This document shows positions 36,162 through 44,811 of a stretch of DNA of 64,000 bases, piece by piece. A program made the position numbers and the translations under genes. The DNA comes from Candidatus Pacearchaeota archaeon (GTDB taxonomy: Archaea > Nanobdellota > Nanobdellia > Pacearchaeales > GW2011-AR1): NCBI GenBank assembly GCA_018303885.1, contig JAGVXG010000009.1, forward strand, positions 27,611-91,610. Reading direction: 5' to 3'. The notes beneath the pieces were generated by a model that had not been told where the DNA came from, ran no database searches, and saw only the letters and a program-made list of their open reading frames with translations. Positions within the stretch are counted from its first letter, which is position 1. Each line of letters starts with the position of its first letter.

Positions 36162-37745
36162 ATGGAATTTTTAGAAAAAACAACCCCAAGAGAATATCAA
36201 AAGGCAATTCTCGATATATGTGTAGATAAGAATTGCCTTGTCGTGTTGCCCACCGGACTTGGAAAAACGCTGATAGCACTCATGCTTACTATCGAACGCA
36301 TGAAATCTTTCCCTGGAGAAAAAGTTCTTTTTCTTGCACCAACGCGCCCTCTTGCAGAACAGCATTTAAGATATTTTAAAGAAAATCTTACAGAACTTTT
36401 TGCAGGCATGGAGTTGTTCACCGGCAGCGTAAATCCAGAAAAAAGAAAGGAAATATGGCAGACAGCAGACATTGTCTTTTCAACGCCGCAATGCATTGGT
36501 AATGACTTGAAAAAAAATCTTTACAACTTAAACGGCGTCTGCCTTCTTATTGAAGACGAGGCTCATAGGTGCATAAATAATTATGATTACAGATATGTGG
36601 CCGAGAAATACAAGGAACAATCCAAAAATCCAAGAATTTTGGGAATGACTGCTTCTCCTGGTTCTGAAGCAAGTAAGATTAAAGAGATATGCAAAAATCT
36701 TTTCATAGAGGCTGTAGAACTTCGCACAAGGGAAAGCTCTGACGTGAAAACCTATCTTAAAGAATTAAAATTCGAAAAAATAATGGTCGATCTTCCTGAA
36801 GAGTTTCTAAAAATGAGAGAGGCTCTGCTGCGTCTTTTTCAAAATTATGTAGATGAATTGCGGAATAGAAAGGTTTTCTTCGGTATGCCAACAAAAACAG
36901 AGCTCATAAAACTCCAGAAAAAACTTTTTTTAAGAATTGCTCAAGGCAACAGAAATTTCAACTACATGTTATCATCAAGCGCATGTGCGCAGGCCATAAA
37001 AATACAGCATGCCATAGAACTCTTGGAAACGCAAACCCATCTTGGATTCAATAAATATCTAAGGGAGTTATTCAGGAGAGCCGCAAGCAAAGAAAGTAAA
37101 GGTATTGTAAGGCTTGTTTCCAAACCAGAATTCAACTATGTTTTTATGAAATCAAATGAACTTCTTACAAAGGATTTAGAACACCCAAAAGTCCTGAAGC
37201 TAATCGAATTAGTAAGTTCTGAAAAAGAAAAAAATGAAAACATAAAAATAATTGTCTTCACGCAGTTTAGGGAAACAGCGAGGTTTATTTCCAAAAAAAT
37301 AAATGAGATTTCAGGAATTAAATCAAAGGTTTTTGTTGGACAGGCAAAAAAAACAGATTCAGAAGCAGACAAAAAAACTAAAATAAAGGAAGTTTCCGGC
37401 TTGAGTCAAAAAGAACAGAAGCAGATTATTAACGAATTTTCTTCTGGAGAAATAAATGTATTATGTGCCACAAGCATCGGAGAAGAAGGGCTAGATATTC
37501 CTGAGGTTAATATTGTGGTTTTCTATGAACCTGTTCCAAGCGCAATAAGAACAATACAGCGTGGTGGACGAACAGCTAGATTAATAGAAGGAAAAATAAT
37601 TATGCTAATAACAAGAAAAACCCGTGACGAAGCATATTTTTATATATCAAAATCAAAAGAAAAGAAAATGCATTCTGCAATACATTCTATCAAAGAGGGT
37701 TTTTCTAAAAAGATAAAATCAGAAAATCAAGAAAGATTGCCATGA
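36162..37745 (+). CDS. hef: Hef-type SF2 helicase (helicase half only)
   Basis: Motif I VLPTGLGKT, motif II LLIEDEAHRC, motif VI QRGGRTAR. Inserted helical domain typical of Hef/FANCM. Confidence 0.8.
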   Translation: MEFLEKTTPREYQKAILDICVDKNCLVVLPTGLGKTLIALMLTIERMKSFPGEKVLFLAPTRPLAEQHLRYFKENLTELFAGMELFTGSVNPEKRKEIWQTADIVFSTPQCIGNDLKKNLYNLNGVCLLIEDEAHRCINNYDYRYVAEKYKEQSKNPRILGMTASPGSEASKIKEICKNLFIEAVELRTRESSDVKTYLKELKFEKIMVDLPEEFLKMREALLRLFQNYVDELRNRKVFFGMPTKTELIKLQKKLFLRIAQGNRNFNYMLSSSACAQAIKIQHAIELLETQTHLGFNKYLRELFRRAASKESKGIVRLVSKPEFNYVFMKSNELLTKDLEHPKVLKLIELVSSEKEKNENIKIIVFTQFRETARFISKKINEISGIKSKVFVGQAKKTDSEADKKTKIKEVSGLSQKEQKQIINEFSSGEINVLCATSIGEEGLDIPEVNIVVFYEPVPSAIRTIQRGGRTARLIEGKIIMLITRKTRDEAYFYISKSKEKKMHSAIHSIKEGFSKKIKSENQERLP

Positions 37746-38425
37746 AAACAATATTTAACATCTTCTCAAGAAAAACAACAACCAAAACTGTTGAAAAGCC
37801 CAAGATATTAATAGACTCTAGGGAGAAAAATTCGCTTGTAAGTTCAGAGCTTGTTTCTTTAGGACTCGAGATTGAATTTCAAACATTAAAAGTCGGGGAC
37901 TATCTTATAAACGGCGTTGTGGTGGAAAGAAAAACAGTCTCTGATTTCATTTCTTCTATGATAAATCGACGGCTTTTAAATCAGCTTGAAGAACTTCAAC
38001 AGTATGAAAATCGTTTGCTTATAATAGAAGGCATTGACGAGCAAGAGCTTTATACTGATTCGGAAAGTCTGATAGGAATGCATCCTAATTCTGTGCGTGG
38101 ATTCTTGCTTTCAATCTTATTAAACCACAAAGTTCCCATAATCTTCACAAAAGACTATGCAGATACTGCAAAATTCATTTCTGTTCTGGCAAAAAGAAAA
38201 CCAAAAGAGCTTCCATTAAATGTGGGAAAAAAGACATTAAATAAAAAAGAACAAATGCAATTCATAATCGAGGGCTTTCCAGGCATTGGTCCAAAAACAT
38301 CGAAAAAGCTTTTGAAAGAATTCAAGACAATACAAGGTATAATTAATGCTCCTGAAGAAGAGCTTAAGAAGATTTTAGGGAAGAGGGCAAAAATCGTGAG
38401 AGAAATAATTGAGCGTGGTTATTAA
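37742..38425 (+). CDS. xpf: XPF/ERCC4-family nuclease with C-terminal (HhH)2
   Basis: ERCC4 signature VGDYLI...VVERKTVSDFISS. HhH segment GFPGIGPKTSKKLLKEF. The ATG overlaps the helicase stop (ATGA). Confidence 0.8.
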   Translation: MKTIFNIFSRKTTTKTVEKPKILIDSREKNSLVSSELVSLGLEIEFQTLKVGDYLINGVVVERKTVSDFISSMINRRLLNQLEELQQYENRLLIIEGIDEQELYTDSESLIGMHPNSVRGFLLSILLNHKVPIIFTKDYADTAKFISVLAKRKPKELPLNVGKKTLNKKEQMQFIIEGFPGIGPKTSKKLLKEFKTIQGIINAPEEELKKILGKRAKIVREIIERGY

Positions 38426-38450
38426 TTGAGGAACATATTAAGTTTTAATA

Positions 38451-38663
38451 TCACTGATAGGCATAAGGGTATTTTTTCTTCATGTATACGCCAATGCCAA
38501 TAAAGAGTAAGGCCCCACCTATTATCACAAACCACATGGTACTCATATCTTCAAAAAAAGGTGTTGAGTCATTGTACCCAAAAATACCTTGGTAAATTCC
38601 AAAAGGGAGAAGCATTACACCGACTCCAATCAAAATAAGAATAACCCCAAAAATTTTCCCCAT
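38451..38663 (-). CDS. small 2-TM membrane protein, family member 3 (70 aa)
   Basis: MGKIFGVILILIGVGVMLLPF... ending in KKYPYAYQ. Preceded by the conserved promoter cassette. Confidence 0.6.
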   Translation of the reverse strand: MGKIFGVILILIGVGVMLLPFGIYQGIFGYNDSTPFFEDMSTMWFVIIGGALLFIGIGVYMKKKYPYAYQ

Positions 38664-38671
38664 AACATTCT

Positions 38672-38698
38672 AGAGAGAGAGAGTTTAAAAATATTTTC
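38672..38698 (-). promoter_or_regulatory. conserved TATA-(CT)6 promoter cassette
   Basis: (AG)6-TTTAAAAATATTTTC on the plus strand. The TATA-like box lies 20 nt from the ATG at 38663. Confidence 0.6.
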
Positions 38699-38701
38699 TT
38701 T

Positions 38702-38899
38702 TTAACGTGGGGGGTAGAATCTTGGCCTATGAGAAATATAAGCTCCGACCAATATTATAATTACTCCTATCGCGACTAGAATCATAGATGTTCCAGAGAT
38801 TACACAAAAATTTAGAAATTCTGGCGCGAAATCAGCATAAGGAAGGAGGAGAATAAATATTCCAACAACTACAATGAATGGTCCAGTAAAAATTCCCAT
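38702..38899 (-). CDS. small 2-TM membrane protein, family member 4 (65 aa)
   Basis: MGIFTGPFIVVVGIFILLLPY... ending in RFYPPR. Confidence 0.6.
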   Translation of the reverse strand: MGIFTGPFIVVVGIFILLLPYADFAPEFLNFCVISGTSMILVAIGVIIILVGAYISHRPRFYPPR

Positions 38900-38908
38900 C
38901 CCCTATCA

Positions 38909-38934
38909 AGAGAGAGAGAGTTTAAAAATATTTC
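38909..38934 (-). promoter_or_regulatory. conserved TATA-(CT)6 promoter cassette
   Basis: (AG)6-TTTAAAAATATTTC on the plus strand. 21 nt lie between the TTTAAAAA box and the ATG at 38899. Confidence 0.6.
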
Positions 38935-38983
38935 TTTTATTGAGTTGATATAAATTTTTAAGAAGAAAAAATTAGGTAATCTA

Positions 38984-39181
38984 CTAACGCGGGGGCATAA
39001 GGTACTGGACATTTTTAAGTGCTAAAAACCCAAGTATAGTCATAACGACTCCAAGTATTATGTCAAAAAAGTCACCAGTTGTTTGCCCTATAATTGGAAG
39101 ATTAGGCGAAGCAAAACCAACATAAATATTAAGTATTGCGCCAAGAATTATTATGTATATCAATACTTTTGCTATTCCCAT
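38984..39181 (-). CDS. small 2-TM membrane protein, family member 5 (65 aa)
   Basis: MGIAKVLIYIIILGAILNIYV... ending in YLMPPR. Confidence 0.55.
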   Translation of the reverse strand: MGIAKVLIYIIILGAILNIYVGFASPNLPIIGQTTGDFFDIILGVVMTILGFLALKNVQYLMPPR

Positions 39182-39190
39182 CTCTCAACT

Positions 39191-39214
39191 AGAGAGAGAG
39201 TTTAAAAATATTTC
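39191..39214 (-). promoter_or_regulatory. conserved TATA-(CT)5 promoter cassette
   Basis: (AG)5-TTTAAAAATATTTC on the plus strand, which is one dinucleotide unit fewer than the other copies. Confidence 0.6.
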
Positions 39215-39223
39215 TTTTATGTG

Positions 39224-39745
39224 CTATACTAAATCATAAATCTCCAAATCTTCATAAACCGAACCATTTCTAGTTAACTTTGACCGCTTCAATTTAAAAT
39301 TCTTAACTTTAAGCTTTATTTTATCAAATTTGATTTTTTTAATTTTCTCTAAAAAGATATTTTTATCTTTAATGCTTTTTACTCTAGCTATTGTTAAATG
39401 TGACATAAATCTTCTTTCGGGTTCAAAAATTGGAGAAAGTTTTTCGTCAATTTCTTTCTGCAACGCATCACAATTATTCATGTGAAGCCAAACTATTCTT
39501 ATCAATTTTGGATGAAAAATGCCTAAAGAATCAATTTCTGTCTCAAAGCTGTTAAATTTAATTTCTTTTAATTTTTTCTTTATCTGCTCGATATCTTTTT
39601 CATCAACTTCGCCGAGGAATTTCAAAGTAAGATGTAGGTTTTCTTGTTCTGTTTTTTTGCCTTTAAGCTCCGGTAAGGCGGCTTGAATTTTTATAATTTC
39701 TCTTCTTACTTCTTGTGGAATATCGATTGCAACAAAAGCTCTCAT
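39224..39745 (-). CDS. thpR: RNA 2',3'-cyclic phosphodiesterase (2H family, ThpR/LigT)
   Basis: Two HxT/S motifs: HLTLKFLG and HLTIARV. 173 aa. Confidence 0.8.
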   Translation of the reverse strand: MRAFVAIDIPQEVRREIIKIQAALPELKGKKTEQENLHLTLKFLGEVDEKDIEQIKKKLKEIKFNSFETEIDSLGIFHPKLIRIVWLHMNNCDALQKEIDEKLSPIFEPERRFMSHLTIARVKSIKDKNIFLEKIKKIKFDKIKLKVKNFKLKRSKLTRNGSVYEDLEIYDLV

Positions 39746-40344
39746 TTTCTTTTTCTAACTCTTCGAATTTTTTGGGGCTTCTTTTTCATTTCAATCCTAT
39801 CAAGAACTATAAGAATCAAAAAACCCAAAAATGCTATAAGACCCACAAAGAAAAATAAAACTCTAAAGCCTAAAAGCTCTGCAATTTTTGCTCCAAAAAA
39901 TGCCGCAAGAGCAGAGCCAACCCCAACACCAGTACTCCATAGAGTATACTCAAATCCTTTATGCTTTTTATCAATATAACTTGTAAAAAGAGTGAACCAT
40001 GCCGGATAAGCTAATGCCGCTCCAAGTCCATAAACTGCTTGAGCTAGATAGATAGTGTTAACATGTTTTGCAAAAAAGTAAATAAAAGGAACGGTAATAA
40101 TCAAAAAAGTTCCAAGAAGAAGGGATCTTGTCTTATGTTTTTCTTTGTCAACAAAATATCTTGATAAAGGAAGCTGTACAGCAGACTTGACAACTAAAAA
40201 AATCGTCGTTGCAAGGCCTGCGGCAACTATGCTTCCTCCTTGAATACTACCTGTTATAAAAATAGCAAATATCGGCGCCAAAAGCCCGAAGCTGCTCAAT
40301 ATTAAAACGTCTGAAAGAATCAGCAGCAAAAGTTTCTTGTTCAT
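39742..40344 (-). CDS. 6-TM membrane protein, MFS-like half-size transporter
   Basis: Six hydrophobic helices and a Lys/Arg-rich C-tail. MFS-like loop LPLSRYFVDKEKHK. Tentative. Confidence 0.4.
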   Translation of the reverse strand: MNKKLLLLILSDVLILSSFGLLAPIFAIFITGSIQGGSIVAAGLATTIFLVVKSAVQLPLSRYFVDKEKHKTRSLLLGTFLIITVPFIYFFAKHVNTIYLAQAVYGLGAALAYPAWFTLFTSYIDKKHKGFEYTLWSTGVGVGSALAAFFGAKIAELLGFRVLFFFVGLIAFLGFLILIVLDRIEMKKKPQKIRRVRKRK

Positions 40345-40385
40345 TTTTCATCAAAGACAAAAGGAATTTATAAATTTAAGTCCGC

Positions 40386-41585
40386 TTATTTAGGCACCAA
40401 AGCAAAAAAACTATACTTCTTAATTTTTGCCAAGTTTTTTACATCGCGTAGTTTAACGTTTCTTATGTTTTTCTCAAATTCATAAGCATCTTCTGCATTT
40501 CTGTCAATTTCATGCATGAGAAGGTTAACCATCTGGTTTTGGGAATCTTCCATAGATATCTGGTAATTTCCTATCATCTGTTCTTTAACCTGATTTAGCT
40601 CTTTTTCATCAAGTTCTTTTGAAACTTTCCTAAATTCATCAAGGATTATTTTTTTTATTAACTGAACGTTTTCTTTTTTCGTTCCAGCATAGACTAACCC
40701 ATAAGAAAAATTACGAAGAATAACGCTTTCTCCTTTTATAGCATAAGCCAGATTTCTTTTTTCTCTAATCTCATGAAAAAGTCTGGAAGACATTCCTCCT
40801 GCCATTAGAACATTAAGAACATTAGCTGCGTGGCTTATTTTCTTGTCAGACGTAGGGAAATGATATGCCAAAATAAGATTTGCTTGATCTATTCCTTTTC
40901 TTTTTTCTATTTTGGAGCCGTTTCTTTTGACTATTTTGTGTTTGAATGCTATTTCCTTCTTGCCGCTAAAATTCTTTTCTGCAAAATCGACAATATCTTT
41001 GAAATCTGCATCTCCAACGACGCACAAAATCATATTATTTGGCCCGTAAACACCCTGAAATCTCTCCAATATTTTTTTTCTTGTTAAAGATTTCAGTGTT
41101 TTTTCTGTTCCAATTAGAGGAGAGCCAAGAGGTTCTTTATAGAGAAGGCGCTGTATTTCTTTAAATGAATGATTAGAGGGGTTATCCTTGCCCATTTTAA
41201 TTTCCTCAAAAATAACCTTCTTTTCTTTTTCCAATTCCTCTTCATCGAACAAGGGGTTTTTTACCATGTCGCCTAAAACATCCAAAGCAATATCAAGATG
41301 CCTGCTTGGGATCTTACACCAATAAGCAGTTACTGTTTCATCGGTAAAACCATTAAGCAAGCCACCTTTTCTTTCTATTTCTTCCGCAATCTGTCTTGAG
41401 TTTCTTATGGGAGTTCCTTTATACAATAGATGCTCAATAAAATGAGAAATTCCTTTTTCGTGGGAAGCCTCGTTAATTCCTCCGTATCTTACCGCAAACG
41501 CGACGCTGACGACAGGGTTTTCTCTTTTTTCAAAAATTATTGTCATGCCATTCTTTAGAACTTTACGATAAAATTTTGGTTTCAT
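40386..41585 (-). CDS. M16-family (pitrilysin-like) zinc peptidase
   Basis: Inverted zinc motif HFIEHLLYKGT (HxxEH). 399 aa. Confidence 0.8.
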   Translation of the reverse strand: MKPKFYRKVLKNGMTIIFEKRENPVVSVAFAVRYGGINEASHEKGISHFIEHLLYKGTPIRNSRQIAEEIERKGGLLNGFTDETVTAYWCKIPSRHLDIALDVLGDMVKNPLFDEEELEKEKKVIFEEIKMGKDNPSNHSFKEIQRLLYKEPLGSPLIGTEKTLKSLTRKKILERFQGVYGPNNMILCVVGDADFKDIVDFAEKNFSGKKEIAFKHKIVKRNGSKIEKRKGIDQANLILAYHFPTSDKKISHAANVLNVLMAGGMSSRLFHEIREKRNLAYAIKGESVILRNFSYGLVYAGTKKENVQLIKKIILDEFRKVSKELDEKELNQVKEQMIGNYQISMEDSQNQMVNLLMHEIDRNAEDAYEFEKNIRNVKLRDVKNLAKIKKYSFFALVPK

Positions 41586-42388
41586 TTTTTATTCTCAAAC
41601 ACAATATACCTCTCTCCTCCTATCTCAAAATCATCAGTTATTTTAAAGTTTTCCTGAATAAAATTAATAAGCCAGTATCTTTTTACTTTAAATCTTGTTC
41701 TTTTGTTAAAACTTTCTGTGGCAAAGCTTACAACAACTCTTTCAACTAAAGGCGAAATTTCAAGAAGCAGTTCTTTAGAGTAATTTTTCTTTAACATTTC
41801 AAGAGAGTCAAGCACCTTAAATAAAAATACAATTTTCTTTCCTTTAACTTGGCCACGCTTGGACAAGTTTCCTTCTTTTTTTATTAGGTTCTTTATTTTT
41901 TCCAACTGGAATAAGCTTAAATGAATTGTCTTGGCATTAACGTTCTTTTGTGTATGAAAGTAATTATTCATTAAATTAACAAGCTGTCCGATTCCTTCAA
42001 TGCCCACATATTTGACTTTTGGGATAAAACCCAAAGAAAATCCATTGACGCCTGCACCTAAATCAAAAATAGTTCCTTTAAAATTTCCTAAAATCCTGCT
42101 ATAAATCGTGTTATAGTGGGGCAGCCTCTCCCTGGTGGATAAATGCTTTCTTAAAATCCATTCAGGATCTCTTTCCTTGTTCTTTCCTTGAACAAGAAGC
42201 TTTCTACTTCCAAATGCCCCATACACATCATGAAGTAATTTCCTGGCACGAGATATAACTTCTTCATCTGAACTATCTTTTTTGATGCAAAGAGAAATAG
42301 CCATTTCAACATCTTCTATTGGAATTTCTCTTAACTCTGGTTTTTCCATGATTTTGCTTATCAGCCGCTCTTTATCCATTGTATACAA
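41582..42388 (-). CDS. SAM-dependent methyltransferase, possibly Rmt/FmrO-like 16S rRNA methyltransferase family
   Basis: KHLSTRERLP and IFDLGAGVNGFSLGF resemble the Arm/Rmt family layout as I recall it. Its stop overlaps the M16 peptidase ATG (ATGA). Confidence 0.4.
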   Translation of the reverse strand: MYTMDKERLISKIMEKPELREIPIEDVEMAISLCIKKDSSDEEVISRARKLLHDVYGAFGSRKLLVQGKNKERDPEWILRKHLSTRERLPHYNTIYSRILGNFKGTIFDLGAGVNGFSLGFIPKVKYVGIEGIGQLVNLMNNYFHTQKNVNAKTIHLSLFQLEKIKNLIKKEGNLSKRGQVKGKKIVFLFKVLDSLEMLKKNYSKELLLEISPLVERVVVSFATESFNKRTRFKVKRYWLINFIQENFKITDDFEIGGERYIVFENKK

Positions 42389-42431
42389 AAAAGCAAATAA
42401 ATCTTTATAAGGGTTTAAGAAATATAATTCT

Positions 42432-42857
42432 ATGGCGCGTCCTGATTATGTTGGTTCTTGGGAGCCCGTTAGCATTGAGGAATTATGTAGGTATCCATGT
42501 CCTGTTGAAAAACTTCCAGAGCAAGGAAATTATTTTCATCTCTTTCTTGAAAATATACAAGAAAATCGGTGCCAAGGAGTATTTAGAGGCAGGTGTTTAG
42601 ATACCTATGGAGAATCTCTGGTTTGGGGAGAAATAACCCCTGAAAGATTGAGATTTAGTAAGGGCTATACTGAAGAAGCAAGAAGAAAGGGCGGAAGTAG
42701 ATTTGAATTGATATTTGATGGGATGCATAAATTTATTCGTGCTCCTGCTCCGGGAAAAGGCTTAATCGAGGCTGTTGTCGGTCTCGTTACGTGTGAAAAA
42801 TCTAATGAGTTTAAACCAAGAGTTTTTGTGATGATAAACAGAGATTCAATAGTTTAA
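42432..42857 (+). CDS. hypothetical protein (141 aa)
   Basis: ATG-initiated ORF with several Cys. No motif recognised. Confidence 0.45.
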   Translation: MARPDYVGSWEPVSIEELCRYPCPVEKLPEQGNYFHLFLENIQENRCQGVFRGRCLDTYGESLVWGEITPERLRFSKGYTEEARRKGGSRFELIFDGMHKFIRAPAPGKGLIEAVVGLVTCEKSNEFKPRVFVMINRDSIV

Positions 42858-42899
42858 TCATACCAAAAAGTTATTAATAATTCTAAACTTAAAATATGT

Positions 42900-43805
42900 A
42901 TGGCTTCAACAAACCAATCCCCGCAATATCTGAAAGCGCAGTCAATGTTCTTTCAAGCGAAAACTAATGACGAGAAGTTGCGTTGGCTAGAAGAAATGAT
43001 TAGAGAATGCCCCAAGCACAAATCTTCAGAGAAGATGCTTGCAAATTTAAAAACAAGATATATAAAACTAAAAGAGAAAATAGAAAAGATTAAGAAAAGT
43101 GGAAAAGCTTCTTCTAAATCTGGAATAAAAAAAGAAGAAATGCAAGCCGTGATTATCGGCTTCACAAACTCTGGAAAATCGTCTCTCCTAAAGGCTTTGA
43201 CAAACGCTTCCCCAGAAATAACACCATATAATTTCACGACAAAACGGCCAGTTGTTGGAATAACTGACTATTTAGGAACTAAAATCCAAATAATTGAAGT
43301 TCCGGCTTTCAGTTCAGAATATTATGACAAAGGCTTGGCAAACAGTGCAGACGTAATCCTAATTCTTGTAACAGACATGAACCAGATAAAAGAAATAGAA
43401 TCCAGCTTAGAAAGATCTGTTGGAAAAAGAATAATAGCTTTCAACAGTTTTGGAAAAAGTTATGAAGAGCTTAGAAAAATAGAGGCAACACTTAAAAGTA
43501 AAAAATATAATTTCATTATTTTAGATATAAACAGAAATCTAAATGAATTAAAAGAGAAACTTTTTAGTGGCTTCGGCAAGATAAGAGTATTCACAAAAGA
43601 ACCAACGCATAAGACGCCGTCAGATAGACCAATGATTTTGGAAAAAGATTCAACTGTAAAAGATATTGCGCAAAAAATTCTGAAAAATCTTTCCTTTCTT
43701 AAGGAAACCAGGATTTGGGGGCCAAGTTCAAAATTCCCTGGGCAAATAGTCGGTTTGCAGCATAAACTAAAAGACATGGATACTATTGAGTTTAAGACGC
43801 GTTAA
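42900..43805 (+). CDS. DRG/Obg-family GTPase with C-terminal TGS-like domain
   Basis: G1 motif IIGFTNSGKSSLL. N-terminal helical KLKEKIEKIKK region as in DRG. C-terminal beta-grasp-like IRVFTKEP...VGLQHKLKDMDTIEF. Confidence 0.7.
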   Translation: MASTNQSPQYLKAQSMFFQAKTNDEKLRWLEEMIRECPKHKSSEKMLANLKTRYIKLKEKIEKIKKSGKASSKSGIKKEEMQAVIIGFTNSGKSSLLKALTNASPEITPYNFTTKRPVVGITDYLGTKIQIIEVPAFSSEYYDKGLANSADVILILVTDMNQIKEIESSLERSVGKRIIAFNSFGKSYEELRKIEATLKSKKYNFIILDINRNLNELKEKLFSGFGKIRVFTKEPTHKTPSDRPMILEKDSTVKDIAQKILKNLSFLKETRIWGPSSKFPGQIVGLQHKLKDMDTIEFKTR

Positions 43806-44771
43806 TTATTTCCAATTTTTCCTTATTGGCTCAATTACCTTCCAAAGATAGTCTGTAACGCAGTTTTTCAAATCCAAAGGATGTAACTTACCCGAAGCGT
43901 AAGTTTTTTCCAAAGATTCATAATTTGAAAAATTTAGATTTCCTCCAAATTTCTCTTGCCTTTTAATTTCTATTTTTTCAAATCTTGGAAAAATTATTAG
44001 TCTCAAAATCTGCAGAATAGGATTTTCCTTAATCTCTTTCTCAGGGCAATACGCACCCTTAATCGTTTTCTTAATCTCATCAAGAGAATCTGTAACACTT
44101 ATTCCTGAGCCAGGAATACTTTTAGACATTTTCTGTCCGGGCCCTTTTAAAGAAGTTATTAAAGGTGTGTGTAAAGCAATGAAACCATGATTCAAAGTTT
44201 TTTTCATTTCTCGGCCAATCATATGAATCTTTCTCTGCTCCAAACCTCCAAGAGCCACGTCAAGCTTTAGATGTTTTATGTCAACAACCTGCATTAAAGG
44301 ATACCAAAGTTGGGATATCGTTGCATTTTCAACATCTCTTGCAATTTCTTGCATGCTTCTTAACCCACGATTAATCGTTGAATCCTGTGCAAGCCTCATC
44401 ACATCAAGCTGATATTCTTTGCTAAATTCAAAATCGCTTCCTATTGCAATTTCTGTTTTTATTCCGATTGCCTTTATTGTTTTTTTCCAGTTTTCAACTT
44501 CTTTTTTTATTTGTTCTTCCTGGCCTTTCCGGTTTAATAAAGCATGAATGTCTGCAAGAAGAATCACAATCTGAAACCCTGCTTTCTGTAAATCCATGAG
44601 TTTGGTAATTGTAACAAAATGCCCGAGGTGCAAAGGTCCGCTTGGTTCATACCCACAATAGACTCTAGGATTTTTCTTAGTCTTCAATAAATTCCTTAGC
44701 TCTTCTTCTGTGACTATCTCTTCTGTATTTCTCTTAATCAACTCAAACCTTTCTTCAACACTCATTGCCAT
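43806..44771 (-). CDS. tyrS: tyrosyl-tRNA synthetase (archaeal type)
   Basis: HIGH-type motif GYEPSGPLHLGHF and KMSKS motif (QKMSKSIPGS). 321 aa. Confidence 0.9.
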   Translation of the reverse strand: MAMSVEERFELIKRNTEEIVTEEELRNLLKTKKNPRVYCGYEPSGPLHLGHFVTITKLMDLQKAGFQIVILLADIHALLNRKGQEEQIKKEVENWKKTIKAIGIKTEIAIGSDFEFSKEYQLDVMRLAQDSTINRGLRSMQEIARDVENATISQLWYPLMQVVDIKHLKLDVALGGLEQRKIHMIGREMKKTLNHGFIALHTPLITSLKGPGQKMSKSIPGSGISVTDSLDEIKKTIKGAYCPEKEIKENPILQILRLIIFPRFEKIEIKRQEKFGGNLNFSNYESLEKTYASGKLHPLDLKNCVTDYLWKVIEPIRKNWK

Positions 44772-44811
44772 TTTAATATAAAACCAAAAAGAGATTAATT
44801 ATTAAATCTTT

